From the NCBI RefSeq assembly GCF_009914755.1, contig NC_060937.1: a stretch of DNA of 64,000 nt; one strand, given 5' to 3'. Of this stretch, positions 1 through 12,518 are shown in pieces. The notes under the pieces are model-generated. The model did no database searches, was not told the DNA's origin, and saw only the letters and a list, made by a program, of their open reading frames with translations. This DNA is from the human T2T-CHM13v2.0 reference genome, Homo sapiens. Within the stretch, counting starts at the first letter, position 1. Each line of letters opens with the position of its first letter. A program made the translations under genes and the position numbers.

Positions 1-99
1 ACATGAATTATTACCTTGTCAGAGTAAAAATTGAGTAAAGGAAATAGACAAAACAAGTAGGCAAATTGACCGACTGCTGAGAAGAGGGAGAGAGAGACA

Positions 100-330
100 G
101 AGATGAACCTGCATTTGGTGATCAGGGAAGAAAGTGGCGTATGAATGGAAATGTGAAGGACAAGAAAATGCCAGCCATGATAAAAACTAGGTGGAAAAAA
201 TTCCAGGCAAAATGTACCAAAGTCCTGTGGTAGATAAAACAGCTCAATGAGTTGGAGAGAATGAAGCCAGACCAGTGACACTAGAACACAGTAACTGAGT
301 GGGATTGTAACACAAAATGGTGATGGACAA
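100..330 (-). mobile_element. L2 LINE fragment
   Basis: Purine-rich, degenerate L2-antisense pattern (gaagccagaccagtgacactagaacacagtaactgagtggga). Boundaries approximate. Confidence 0.5.
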
Positions 331-1029
331 AAGTTCTGGAATTTTGTCTCCTATTTTTCCCTTAAATTCTGAGATAGAAAATTTTGATGTGACAGATTAG
401 AGGAGAACAATGGCAGATGGCTCACAATCAATGATAACAGAAATACTCCAGAGGCTTAAATTCTAAAACTTGGCTTGACCATCCTCATCAAAATTCCAAA
501 TCTCCATGTACATTAAGCCTACAACATTCCAACATTCTTCCACTGACAAAATACAGGAAGATAAGAAATTGAGAGTATTTCATGATTGACCAGTGGGGGC
601 CATTATTTGTTACCCAGATCAGTTGTTCTGACCTCCCCAGAAGACCCACCTCCAGTATAGAAGATTGGACCCCTGAGATTACTTAGAGTGAAAACTTAAG
701 CAATATTGCACAGCCCAGTCAAGTGCAACAGGGTCAGGCACCACTGATTTTTCCATTCTAGCCATCCTCTGCTACATGATAACCAACAAGCAGCTGATCC
801 ATATAGCTAGAAATGTTCATTCATTGCTTTTAGGTACCCTCATCAGGAAATTGTTAAAAAATAATAATAATAATGGCTGCCCAATTTGTACAGGAAACAC
901 CTCTGTCCATTTGGGGCATCAACCCAGAATTTCTCTTCTTTACTCTCTACAGCCCCATCTTGCATGGTCCTACCCAAATCTTTGCTGTGAAAACCAGATA
1001 TATTCTAATAACGCCCAAATCTATTGGCT

Positions 1030-1915
1030 CTAACCTCTCTGCCATATAGCACTCTTTGCTAACCACCTCCTAGATAGCTCCATTCATTTATACCACTAGC
1101 CTCTCAAATTTGAGATATCCAAAACAGAAATGATCAACTTTCCCCAAGGCAACTCCTCCCCATTAGAGGTACCATCCTCCACCAAACTACTCAAGCAAGA
1201 AAGCTGGGGCTCAATTTCACTTCTTTCTCTTCCACATTCCATTATCAATCCCCATAGCTTCTACTACCTGAATGTCTCTTGAGTCTTTCCTCCTCCCACC
1301 CACCCTATTAGGTCGGGCCCTTATTTTTTGCCTGGGTCTCCTGGCTTTCTCTGTGGCCTGCCCAAATTTATCCTTCACAGATATCACAGTGGTCTTTGTC
1401 AAAGGCAAACTTAGTCACATCAGTTTTCTGCTTAAAATTATTCAGTAGTATCTGCTACCCGTGTGTGTTTCAAAACAGCGGTCCTGTGCCCTCACTTAGG
1501 ACATCAGATCCTTCATGATCTGACTCCTTCCTGCCTCACTGGTTTTGTTTTCTTCACTCTCTCACATGCACCTTTCACTGCAGCCCAGCTCAGCCAGTTG
1601 AACTTCCACACCCACACATCTTACAGTCGATTGTTCCCTAATTTATTTTTCCATTTCTGCACTTGTTTTCTGAAGAAAACAAGTTCCTTCAGAACTCAGC
1701 TCAAGCTTTTCCCTCCCTTTATTTAGCTTAGCTGTGCTTTCTCCATGCCCCAAAATCACCCTATGCCAATTTGTACCTAGCACTCTCCATACTGGGCTAT
1801 ACTTACTGGTTTGCTTGTCTCACTAAATTGACTACAAATACTTAACAGAGGGCGTCTCTTTTTTTGTTTGCCAGATGCCTAACACCATGCACTGTATAAA
1901 CACATAAGCAGAATA
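1030..1915 (+). mobile_element. L2 LINE 3' portion
   Basis: ctcaaatttgagatatccaaaacagaa ... cactaaattgactacaaatacttaacagagggc ... atgcctaacaccatgcactgta; typical degenerate L2 3' end. Confidence 0.65.
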
Positions 1916-2214
1916 TTTAGCCAGCAGGATATTAATGCACAATATAAATGATCCAAAACTATAAAATGTACAGAGAAGAATGAAGTTTGGTTTTGTCTGA
2001 GCATTTTCCATATACATATGTATTTGATTTAAAAAATTTCTTCATACCATTCAATCAAGTGAAACTATAGGTAAAGATATATTTAAAGCATGAGTCTTCT
2101 TTTCTCCTCTTGTAATGATTTTCCAAAGAATAAAATACACTTCCACTCTGCCACAGAGGACAACAACCCTCTTCTGACACTGATAAATACAAGGAAAATT
2201 ATTTCTCTTAACTG

Positions 2215-2410
2215 AAATGTTCACATCCTAAAAGCTCTAAAACCAAAAGATTTTCAGAAACTCACTTGGCAGCAAAACCTGACCTGACCTGAACCAAATT
2301 GATGACAAAACCTGACCTAAGAGCTATATAAAGTCTTTATTTATCACACCATCAGGGCTACAATTCAACACTTTTTTCAATAATCTTTCTGCAGTTTCAT
2401 TCTAAAATCT
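2215..2410. mobile_element. MER46C-like (TcMar-Tigger) DNA transposon fragment
   Basis: aaaagctctaaaaccaaaag...ttggcagcaaaacctgacctga...gctatataaagtctttatttatcacac resembles the recalled MER46C consensus. Confidence 0.55.
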
Positions 2411-2577
2411 GGTTAGTAGCCAAAATAAGAAAAAAGAACTACTTGTGATTTGTCCTTAACTGTCTGGTCCTATGCTCTCATAATACTCTAAGGCTTCTTG
2501 ATTTATATTCTTCCATTCCATACCTACCTTTAACTCAGAATTGGGTTTTCTGTGTATATAGGAATGGCATATAAACT

Positions 2578-3400
2578 ATTTTTTTCAGACTTATTGAGGT
2601 ATCATTGACAAGTATATGTAAGGTGTACAACTTGATGTTTTGATATATGTGTACATCCTAACATGATCAACACAATTAAGCAAACATAGCTATCACTTCA
2701 CATGGTTACCATTTTGTTTCTCGTGTGTGGGGAAAGGAGGGAGTGGTAAGAATGCTTAAGGTCCACTCTCTTAGCAAATTTCAAGTATACAATGCAGTAT
2801 TGTTTACTGTAGTCGCCATAGCTGTACGTTAGATCTCCAGAATGTTTTCATCCTGTATAAGTGAAACTTTGAATTCTTTGACCAAAATCTTCCTATGTCT
2901 GCTTCCTCCAGCCCCTGGCAACCACCATCCAACTCTCTGCTTCTGTGAGACTGATTATCTTAGATTCCCCATGTAAGTGAGATCATGCAGTATTTATCTT
3001 TCTGTATCTGGCTTATTTCACTTACCATAATGTCCTCCAGATTCATCCATGTTTGTTGCAAATGGCAGGATTTCCTTCTCTCTCCTCCCACCTTCCACCC
3101 TCAAGTAACCCTTGGTGTCTATTGTTCCCCTCTTTGTGTCCATGTGTACTCAATATTTAGCTCCCACTTATAAGTGAGAACATGCAATATTTGGTTTTCT
3201 GTTCCTACATTAATTCGTTAGGATAATGGCCTCCAGCTGCATAATATATCCAGTAATGGGATTGCTGGGTCGAATGGCAGTTCTGTTTTAAGTTCTTTGA
3301 GAAATCTTCAAATTGCTTTCTATAGTGGCATCTTTCATCTTTTCATAATAGCCATCCCAACAGATGTGAGGTGCTATCTCATTGTGATTTTGACTTGCAT
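2578..3400 (-). mobile_element. L1 3' end mosaic (L1MA-type with an embedded L1PA/PB-type piece)
   Basis: Poly-T start, ttattgaggtatcattgac, taagtgagatcatgcagtattt; a second 3'UTR copy (ctcccacttataagtgagaacatgc) starts near 3078. Confidence 0.8.
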
Positions 3401-3799
3401 AGTCATAATTTTGTGTCTGACTCCAAAACCCTCTAAAGACTTTCTTTACCCAGCTAAATTCTATTTAAAACATTGCTAAAATAAACCACGAAAAATGAAA
3501 TTACTTCTAGTGCTTTTGTGTTTTGAGATCATGTCAGCCATCTTTGACAACAAAACTGTTTCCTCAATTGCTCTGCTCTTTAAAAGAACTTCAAGTTTCT
3601 CTCTCTGTTAATTGATGTCTTATTTAAAAACAACGTTTTCTAGGTCTAAGCTAAGTCCCTATGCAGGAACTCCAACTGTGCATCAGGAAAAATTCCAAAT
3701 AGCCTTAAAATTAAAACACAAACAAAACCATAAAGCAATAAAAGATTTTTTCTTATAACTTTAGAATGTATAGCTTATGAAATTTAGAAATACTTTTAA

Positions 3800-4530
3800 A
3801 TAATAAATGTGATCACAGAAAAGTCAAAGGTTTCTGCAAAGCACAAACCACCATAAGCAAAGTTAAAGACAGAATAACTTGGGGAAAATGTACATACTAA
3901 TTTCGCTAATACATAATAAATTTCTACAACCAATTAAAAAAATTAACAGGAAAATTAAAAGAATAAGTAGGTCACAGAAAAGGCTTTACAAATGGCTCTC
4001 AAACAGAAAATATATTTGATCACATTCAAAAAAGAAATGCAAATTAAAACTATACTGCATTGTTTTTCTTTTATCAGATTGTGAACATTTGAAAATTTGG
4101 ACAGGTTTTGTTGCTACAGCAGTGGAGAAAACACGAACTCTTGTATGTTACTGGTGAGGATGCAATGTGGAATGACCCCTGCAGAAGCAATTTGGCAGTA
4201 TCTATTGAATTTGCAAATGCACATATTATTTGATACAGCAATTCCACTTTCAGGAATTTATCCTACAATAGCAGATTGTAAAAGTGACATATGTACATAG
4301 TTATTCATTGCAGCATTGTTTGTATGGATAAGATTTAAAATCACCTAAAGGTTCATCAAATGGGGTTGGCTATCTATTGTACATTCATTCAGTGGAATAC
4401 TGCACAGAAACTTTAAAGAAATAGGGAAATTCTTTGTGTACTGATACAAAAAGATAATTAAGGTATACTTTTAAATGAAATAAAAAGAGAGCCACTGGAC
4501 ACAATTATATCTGATGTATCTATGTATATA
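3800..4530 (+). mobile_element. Old L1 (L1ME-type) 3' fragment
   Basis: gaaatgcaaattaaaactatactg, cagcaattccactttcaggaatttatcctaca, ttcattgcagcattgtttgta, gtggaatactgcacag. Confidence 0.75.
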
Positions 4531-5049
4531 TATTTTTTAATGTTTCAGATACTATTTTCTAAAATATCTCTTCAATAAAATCTAACTTTCGAACATGAAT
4601 GTTTTCTTGAACTAAACTTTTAGAAAGAAGAATTAAGGTAATATAATAAAAGTGAGAGAAATAATATAGCTTTCAAATGAACTTCTCAGAGAAAGTTCCC
4701 TTCAAACTGAGGGTTTTTCATTTGCTCTTCTGTATTCTGGATCAAATTGGCTCCTTACATTATAAGTTTCCACTCCCTCTTCAGGACTAATTAAGAGTCT
4801 TTTGACACACTCAGTTTTAGGATAAGCATTCATTCTGGAATATTATCCTGAGCATTAACAACAGAAAGAGCTCTAAATTTGAGCATGCCTGTTATTTGAC
4901 TGATGATTCCATTCATTTGCTGAAGTAATCCATTTTAGCCATTTAACCTATGAGATTAGAGGCATTTTGCATGGTTAAGAGGTTCTCCTATCTTTCTGGC
5001 AAATCTAGTTTTTGGCTGACCTGTCTTCCTCTTTTACCTGTTTTTCAAC

Positions 5050-5951
5050 TGCTGGTATTCCCAAAGATCCATTTTCTCACTCTTTGTAATGCCCCAGGTG
5101 ATCCTGTTTACTTTGAAAGTACACTCTTTATTGTATATGAGGCTGACTTCTAGTCACTATTATATATAAGGCTGACTTCTATGACCCCTCAAGCACATGT
5201 CCAAAGGTAAATTATTTCTCTCCAAAATGTCTTTTCCACCTCCTGAATTATAGAATCTCCTTTCCTCTCCACTCCTAATATCCAACAAGTTACTAAATGC
5301 TATTGTTTCTACCTCCTAAATATATCTGACTCCTGTATGCATCCCATCACTCCCACCTACTTCAGACTTCTCATACCAACAGTTGCAATAGTATGCTAAC
5401 TTGTTTTCTTCCTCTATTTAACCTGTCCTCAAATCCATCCTCAGCACAACTAATGATATTTTATCTTTAAAACCAAAACCTAATCATAATTCTTCTTGCC
5501 TCAATCCTTTAATAGCTGACCATCACCTACACCATGCTCCAGGAACTGGCTCCTCTTCACCTTTTCATCTAATCTCTCATCACTTCCTTGAACCTTCCAT
5601 CCACTTCTGAAAGGAACCATGCTATTTGTTCCCTCCACACTATTAATATCACCCAGGACATTCCCTTCACCCTGAACACCCTTCCCCTCTTTTTCCCCCA
5701 TGGCATATCTCCACTTCCATCTCCCACCATTTAGTGAGCTATTACTATCTCTCAATATTCTACTCAAATGTAACCTCCCTTGTTAAGCATATATGGCTGT
5801 AAGCAGTATCTGCTGAAGGCAAGTCTTTCCCCCACTAAACTGCTGGAGCAATAAGGTCAAACAAAACAGAGGCAGATTTCTCATCTCTCATCTCATCCAC
5901 ACACTGAGCAAAACATCTGGTATATGAGCATTCAGTAAACTGTGGTTGAAT
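5050..5951 (+). mobile_element. L2 LINE 3' portion, tail interrupted by L1
   Basis: tctttcccccactaaactgctggagc ... catctggtatatgagcattcagtaaactgtggttgaat is the L2 terminus. Confidence 0.65.
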
Positions 5952-6486
5952 CATGACCCAGCAATCACATTACTTGGTTCAAACCCAAAGGAATATAAAT
6001 CATTCTACCAAAAAGATACATGCCCTCATATGTTCATCACGGCACTATTCACAGTAGCAAAGATATGGACTCAACTTGGGTGTCCATCAATGGTGGATGG
6101 ATAAAGAAAATGTGGTACATATATACCATGGAATACTAGGCAGCCATAAAAAAGAATGAAATCATGTCCATGAATGGAGCTGGAGGCCAACACTTTAAGC
6201 GGGTTAACACAGAAAAGAAACAGAAAATCAAATATCATGTTCTCACTCACAAGTGTGAGCTAAATCTGGGGTACACATAAAGATGGGAGCAACAGACGCT
6301 GGGGACTCTCAAAGGAGGGAAGGAGAGTAGCAGGCAAGTTCTGAAAAACTTCCTATTGGGTACTATGTTCACTATCTGGGTGATGAGATCAACAAGAAGC
6401 CCAAACCTCAGCATCATGCAATATACCCTTGTAACAAACTTGCATATGTGCCCCCTAAATCTAAAATAAAAATGAAAAAAATTAAA
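5952..6486 (+). mobile_element. 5'-truncated L1 (old L1PA/L1PB 3' end) with TSD
   Basis: gacccagcaatc...ataaagaaaatgtggtacatatataccatggaatac...A-rich tail; TSD taaactgtggttgaat (5936-5951) / taaattgtggttgaat (6487-6502). Confidence 0.9.
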
Positions 6487-7456
6487 TAAATTGTGGTTGA
6501 ATTAAATCTAACTGAATAATATATGTTTGCTTTTAAAGGTTCAGTAGCATAGTGAGTTAAAGAAGAAATGTCCCAAAGATTAGAGGTTGGGTATTTTAAA
6601 AAGTAAAAGAAAAGATTTTATGCTTCAGTGTTAGCCACTGGGAAAAAAAGAAAAAAGAAACAGGATTTTTTTTTTAAATATGATGACAAATGTTCAAGAA
6701 AGAGAGCTGAAAATGATGTGTCTGAAGTAAAGAGTGGGGATGAGAAGGGAAGAATAGCAAGATTAATAGATGCCTCCCAGGAGTTCTAGATGTAATAACC
6801 TTTCTTCTTTTGCCAAAATCCAAGTAGGATATCAGGACTATTGCCTTATCTTTTCACTTTTCTGGAGTCACTTGGAATTTATAGATACAGAGTCACTTCT
6901 AGACTGCACTAACACCCTATAATGTGTTAATCAGCCTTCTATTCTATCCCATTTCCAATTCCACACGTGTCATTACTTGCTTGTAATCCCAATCCAAGCG
7001 CTCAACTTTTTGATACTGGGGAAAAAAGTACCTTTGGAGATCAATTTCTGAGTAATCCTCCTCTCGTATTGCACTTTGAAACTATGGCTGCACAGGTCAG
7101 CTATTTATGTAGAAAAGGGTTCCTCCTCTATTGTCACTAGGACCTTGAATTAGCCTCTCTTTCTAGAACACAGAACTCAGGAAAGGAAGAGTAGCTGGAT
7201 TCTCACATCATTCCTATTTTCCTTCTCTGGGGCCTTCCTGTCTATCTGAAAAGGTTACCCTAAGTGGTTGCTTCCCTTTTCTCATCATTTTCTTGCTGTC
7301 TAATTAGTATACATAGTCCTGGTGTGATTGTCTCTGCAACCCTGGCACCTGCTTCATGTCAAACTGATTTATGTTTATCGACTGTTTCAAAGAATTTATG
7401 TTTTCTTTTTTCTCATCTGCCTCCTCCTTCTGACTCCCTCCTATTTGCACTTTCGC

Positions 7457-7484
7457 TCACTCTCTCTCTCCCTGTTCCTGCCCA

Positions 7485-7518
<34 letters not shown>

Positions 7519-7588
7519 TGGCCCTCCCTCTCTCTCTCCACTCCCTTTTCCTTCCCTTTCTCTCTCCTTCTCCCTGTTACTTTCTCTT

Positions 7589-7623
<35 letters not shown>
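7457..7623. repeat. Compound (CT)n/(CA)n microsatellite and polypyrimidine tract
   Basis: Two (CA)n runs (~7487-7516 and ~7606-7623) flank CT-rich sequence; directly visible. Confidence 0.95.
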
Positions 7624-8419
7624 GTTACTCACATATACACAGAATTCATACATCAAATCGCCATCACTTTTCTTTCCCAAGAATTTACTAATGTTCACAA
7701 AGTACACATTTACATTTAAGATGGCTCCAGACTCTCAAGACAGATGCACTTTCAAACCCAAACATACTTTTGGGAGAAAGACTATTGCCATCAAGAGAAA
7801 TGCCTAAGAGATAAACACCTCTGAGAACTACTTGGTAAGAAGAAAGTTCAAGCCAAAATAAGAGAAAACTCTCTTTCCTTCTTCGCACACCGAGAATTGC
7901 ATACTGGCCTCTTCTAAAATGCAATGTGTGCGCTGAAGTGATAGAAGCAAAAGATTTAGATTCACAGTGGGATGAGATATCTGTAGCTTAATAAAAGCCA
8001 GCAGAGCAATTGCAGAGAAATAATAGAGATGCCAGAGGGAGATGGATGTACAAAGTACTTTCAAAAACAGCTTGACTCTGCTCTTGTAAATACGAGTCTA
8101 GCCATGTGCTTGGTCAATATATGCTAGATAGAACTCAGTATAACTCCTTATAATTTTAAAAGATCTTTCTCTTATCCTAAGAATTTCTAACATAGTATTT
8201 CACCATACCATTCTTACCCAACTTATCACCAGATTACATTCCAAATATATACACTTTTTGTTCGTTTTGTTATATTTTCCTTCAATTTCCAGAATTTAAA
8301 GTGCTTATAAAATTTATTTCTGAATTTCTATTATAAATCTCATCTATATTATATCTACACACATGAGCAAACACAATTTTGCACCAACTCACCCAATTCA
8401 AAACTAATGAGAATTAAAC

Positions 8420-8700
8420 ACTGTATTTTCCTCTTCTCTTCTTTTGAATCTCAACTTAAATGCTAACTCCTCAAGAGACTTTGCTAGAAAAGATCCTCTA
8501 GTTATTCTAGAGCACAGTAGCCTATTTATGTCTTCTATGCAGTTATTCAAATGTGTAATTTTTAAATTGTATTTAATTGTTATTCTGACTCTTCCAATAA
8601 GCTTTATGAAAGCAGGGATCATGTCTGTCTGTGTATCCAACTCCACTACGTAGAATTGTGCCATATACATTGTAGAGGTTTAGTAACTTAACAAGTATGT
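8420..8700 (+). mobile_element. L2 3' fragment
   Basis: tctcaacttaaatgctaactcctc ... aagctttatgaaagcagggatcatgtctgtc ... tagaattgtgcc. Confidence 0.6.
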
Positions 8701-8909
8701 ATTTTTAATTCTCTGTAAACACAAGCACATATGACATAAAGGGATTTAAGCAAATCTGCTTACACAGTGCTTACCAACAAAAGTTCTTGACATTAATACA
8801 TCAACTAAGCCAATTGTAATAAAATAGGAGATCAAAATGAAATAAAGCATAGAACTGGCAGGAAGCAAATTAAGACACTTTATCCTTGGTACTCTAAAAC
8901 AAACAATGG

Positions 8910-9332
8910 ATTTAAAAGTTTTCTATTGCTGTGTAACAATATTACCACAAACTTAGCAGCTTAAAATGATACCCATTTATTATCTCACCATTTCAATGAA
9001 TCGGGAGTATGAGAAAGGCTTAGCTGAGTCCTCTACTTCATATCATAAGGTTCCAGTCAAAATATCAGCCAGGGCTGCAGCCTCATCTGAGGACTGACTG
9101 GGGAAGGATCCATTTCGAAGCCTACATGGTGGTTGGCAGCATCAACTTCTTGTAAGCTGTTGGACTGAGGACCTCAGTTTCCTAATCACATACAACCCAT
9201 CACTCTTGTCATATTCTATTGGTTAAAGATCCTGGGTTAAAGATCCTGCCCACTTTCAAAGCAAGGGGACCACAATGGTTGGGGTATCAGGAGGCAGGGG
9301 TCGAGGAGGCACCCTGGAGTCTGCCTATCACA
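8910..9332 (-). mobile_element. MLT1 (E/F-like) MaLR LTR
   Basis: ttctattgctgtgtaacaatattaccacaaacttagcagcttaaa ... gcagcctcatctgagg ... gagtctgcctatcaca. Confidence 0.8.
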
Positions 9333-9362
9333 GATGGAACAGTTATAAGGAGCCTGGTTCAT

Positions 9363-9976
9363 TTAATTTTTTTAACTTTTAAGTTCAGGGGTACATGTAC
9401 AGGTTACATAGTTAAACATGTGTCATGGAGGTGTGTTGTACAGATTATTTCATCACCTGAGTATTAAGCCTAGTACCCATTAGTTATTTTTCCTGATCCT
9501 CTCCCTCATCCCAACTCCCAACCTCCAAAATGCCCCAGTGTGTGTTGTTTCTTTCTATGTATCCATGTGTTATCACTTAGCTCCCACTTGTAAGTGATAA
9601 AATGCAGTATTCAGTTTTCTGTTCTTGTTTAGTTTGCCAAGGATAATGGCCTCCAGCTTCATCCATGTCCCTGCAAAGGACATGATCTCATTCTTTTTTA
9701 TGGCTGCAGAGTATTCTGTGGTGTATATGTACCACATTTTCTTTATCCAGTCTATTGTTGATGGGTATTTAGGTTGATTCCCTGTCTTTACTATTGTGAA
9801 TAGTGCTGCAATAAACATACATGTGCCTGTGTCTTTATGATAGAATGATTTAGATTTCTTTGGATATATACACAGTAATGGAATTGCTGGGTCAAACGGT
9901 ATTTCTATCTTTAGGTCTTTGAGGAATCACTACACTGTCTTCCATAATGGTTGAACTAATTTACTCTCCCACCAAA
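9363..9976 (-). mobile_element. 5'-truncated L1PA (older) 3' end
   Basis: tttttttaacttttaagttcaggggtacatgt...; minus-strand ORF MFIAALFTIVKTGNQPK is the L1 3'-end translation. Confidence 0.9.
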
Positions 9977-10260
9977 GGTTAATAAATAAAATATTTTCCG
10001 GTAAGAAAGAATATGTCCAGTCTCACTGGATTCCCCAGAGTTTCATGAATAAAATATTAAAATAACTCAGAAAAGTAGTCTAGGCATTCATATAGAAGAA
10101 CGTTTAATAGCTCTTTACAGCAGGAAAATAAACCAAAAAAAAAGTGAAAATCTTCAGAGTTTTATCAAAGACAGATAAATAAATAAGTTATATAATGCAA
10201 ATAGCATAAAAAGCAGCTAAAGATATTATATACGGAAGCTAAATGAAAGCCAATGGCATA

Positions 10261-10648
10261 TGTGGGAGACTGTAACACAGTCCCATCCTTGCCACAATTT
10301 ACTGTGGGTGAATCATACTTCCTTGCCCCCACTGGCTTTGGGCTTAGTCATGTGAGTTTAACTGATTGAATGTGCGTGGAGATGACAGTATGCCAGATGT
10401 GAGCAACGTCTGTGAGAGGTATTACAAGTTTTGGTTTGTTCCATTTGCATTCCTGCCATCCACCATGACAGTAACTCATCCCAGAGAAGATCCCAGAGTG
10501 AGAAGACATGGCAAGCATGGTGAAACCCAGCAGAGCCTTGGCCAACTCTCAGACTTACAAGTAATGAATATTTGTTGTCATAAGAGACTGAATTTTTGAA
10601 TTGTTCATTATAAAATATGGTATCAGCAAAATGCTGACAACATAGTAT
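10261..10648 (+). mobile_element. MLT1 (H/I-like) MaLR LTR
   Basis: tgtgggagactg...ctttgggcttagtcatgtga...atgaatatttgttgtcataagagactgaatttttgaattgtt. Confidence 0.7.
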
Positions 10649-11648
10649 AGAATTTTCCAAGTAATGGATCAATAAAATGAGAAGTAACTTAGCATATTCC
10701 CTACAATTAAAATGCTTGTTTCCAGATGAAAGTGTTTCTATGCATTTTATACCCCTCACTCTCATCTCTAACAACATAGTTTCTTCTTCCTGGAATGTCC
10801 TCTTTGGGGTTTTGGGGGGTTATTTAAAAACTGCTCCTTCCCCCAAAACCTGAATTTAGGATACAGTAGAAGTTTCAGAGAAATCAGCCAGAGACTAACA
10901 AATCCCTTTTATTCTCATTAATTTACTATCATTGTTGAAAAGAAAGGTTTATGTGTTACAGTCCAAGAGGCCTAAGATGAAGCCCAGATCTAAGCTTCCC
11001 ACTCAAGCCCAGGGAGACATGGACTGATACAGCCTTTGCTTCTGAGGGTTTCTACCACTAACCTTAAAACATTGAAGAAAGCAGGCCTGAGCTGAGCTCC
11101 TTTTCCAAAGCCACTAGACTAATACATTACTCCTGCTCACATGGTGGGGAGAGACACCAAGAATGTTAGTCTAAGAAAATTTCTGGGAGAAAACAAGAGG
11201 GGAGAAAGTCTTTTGTGTTTTAGAAGCATTAATCTCTTAAGCTCCAGTATTTTCTCAGCATCCTAATTACAAAACTTATTAGTGTTACCTTATAATTTAA
11301 ACCTCATTACAAAGTGGACAAAGGACATGAACCCACATTTTTCAAAAGAACACAAATGACCAACATGAAAAAATGTTCAACATCACTAATCATCTGAGAA
11401 ATGTAAATTAAAACCACAATGAGATACTAACTTATATCAGTCAGAATGGCTATTACTAAAAGGACAAAAAAAACAACAGATATGGGTGAGGATGCAGAGA
11501 AAAGGGAATGCTTATACACCATTGATGGGAATGTAAATATAACCTCTATGGAAAACAATATTCAGATTTCTCAAAGAATTAAAAATAGAACTACCATTTG
11601 ATCCAGCAGTCCCACTGCTGGGTATCTACCCAAAGAAATGAAATCATT

Positions 11649-11976
11649 TATGATGGTTAGTATGGTCAGCTTGATTGGATTGAAGGATACAAAGTATTGA
11701 TCCTGGGTGTGTCTGTGAGGGTGTTGTCAAAGGAGATTAACATTTGAGTCAGTGGGCTGGGAAAGGCAGACCCACCCTTAATATGGGTGGGCACAATCTA
11801 ATCAGCTGCCAGTGCAGCTAGAATATAAGCAGGCAGAAAAATGTGGAAAGAGAGACCAGCCTAGCTTCCCAGCCTGCCTGCCTACATACATACATACACA
11901 CATACATACATTCCATTATATATTATCTCTCCATATATATTCCATTAATTCTATCCTTCTAGAGAACCCTAATACG
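11649..11976 (+). mobile_element. MLT2A (ERVL) solo LTR, internally deleted
   Basis: tatgatggttag...ttgattggattgaaggatacaaagtattgatcctgggtgtgtctgtgagggtg...ctagagaaccctaatacg; perfect 5-bp TSD tcatt (11644-11648 / 11977-11981). Confidence 0.9.
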
Positions 11977-12095
11977 TCATTATATTAAAAAGATACCTGC
12001 ACTTGTATGTTTATCAAAGAACAAATTATAATAACAAAGATATGGAATCAATCTAAGCATCTATCAATGAAATACTGGATAAAGAAGATGCGGTA

Positions 12096-12518
<423 letters not shown>

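Noticed and set aside
5130-5181. 29-bp-period local duplication (attgtatatgaggctgacttcta); also a 14-bp duplication at 9221-9248 and an aaatgaatg repeat at ~56288-56350
   Set aside because: These are ordinary slippage duplications with no evident motif or function.
7264-7807. Overlapping ORFs of 151, 159 and 88 aa
   Set aside because: They are open because of stop-free (CA)n/(CT)n microsatellites; the translations are low-complexity THTH/LSLS.
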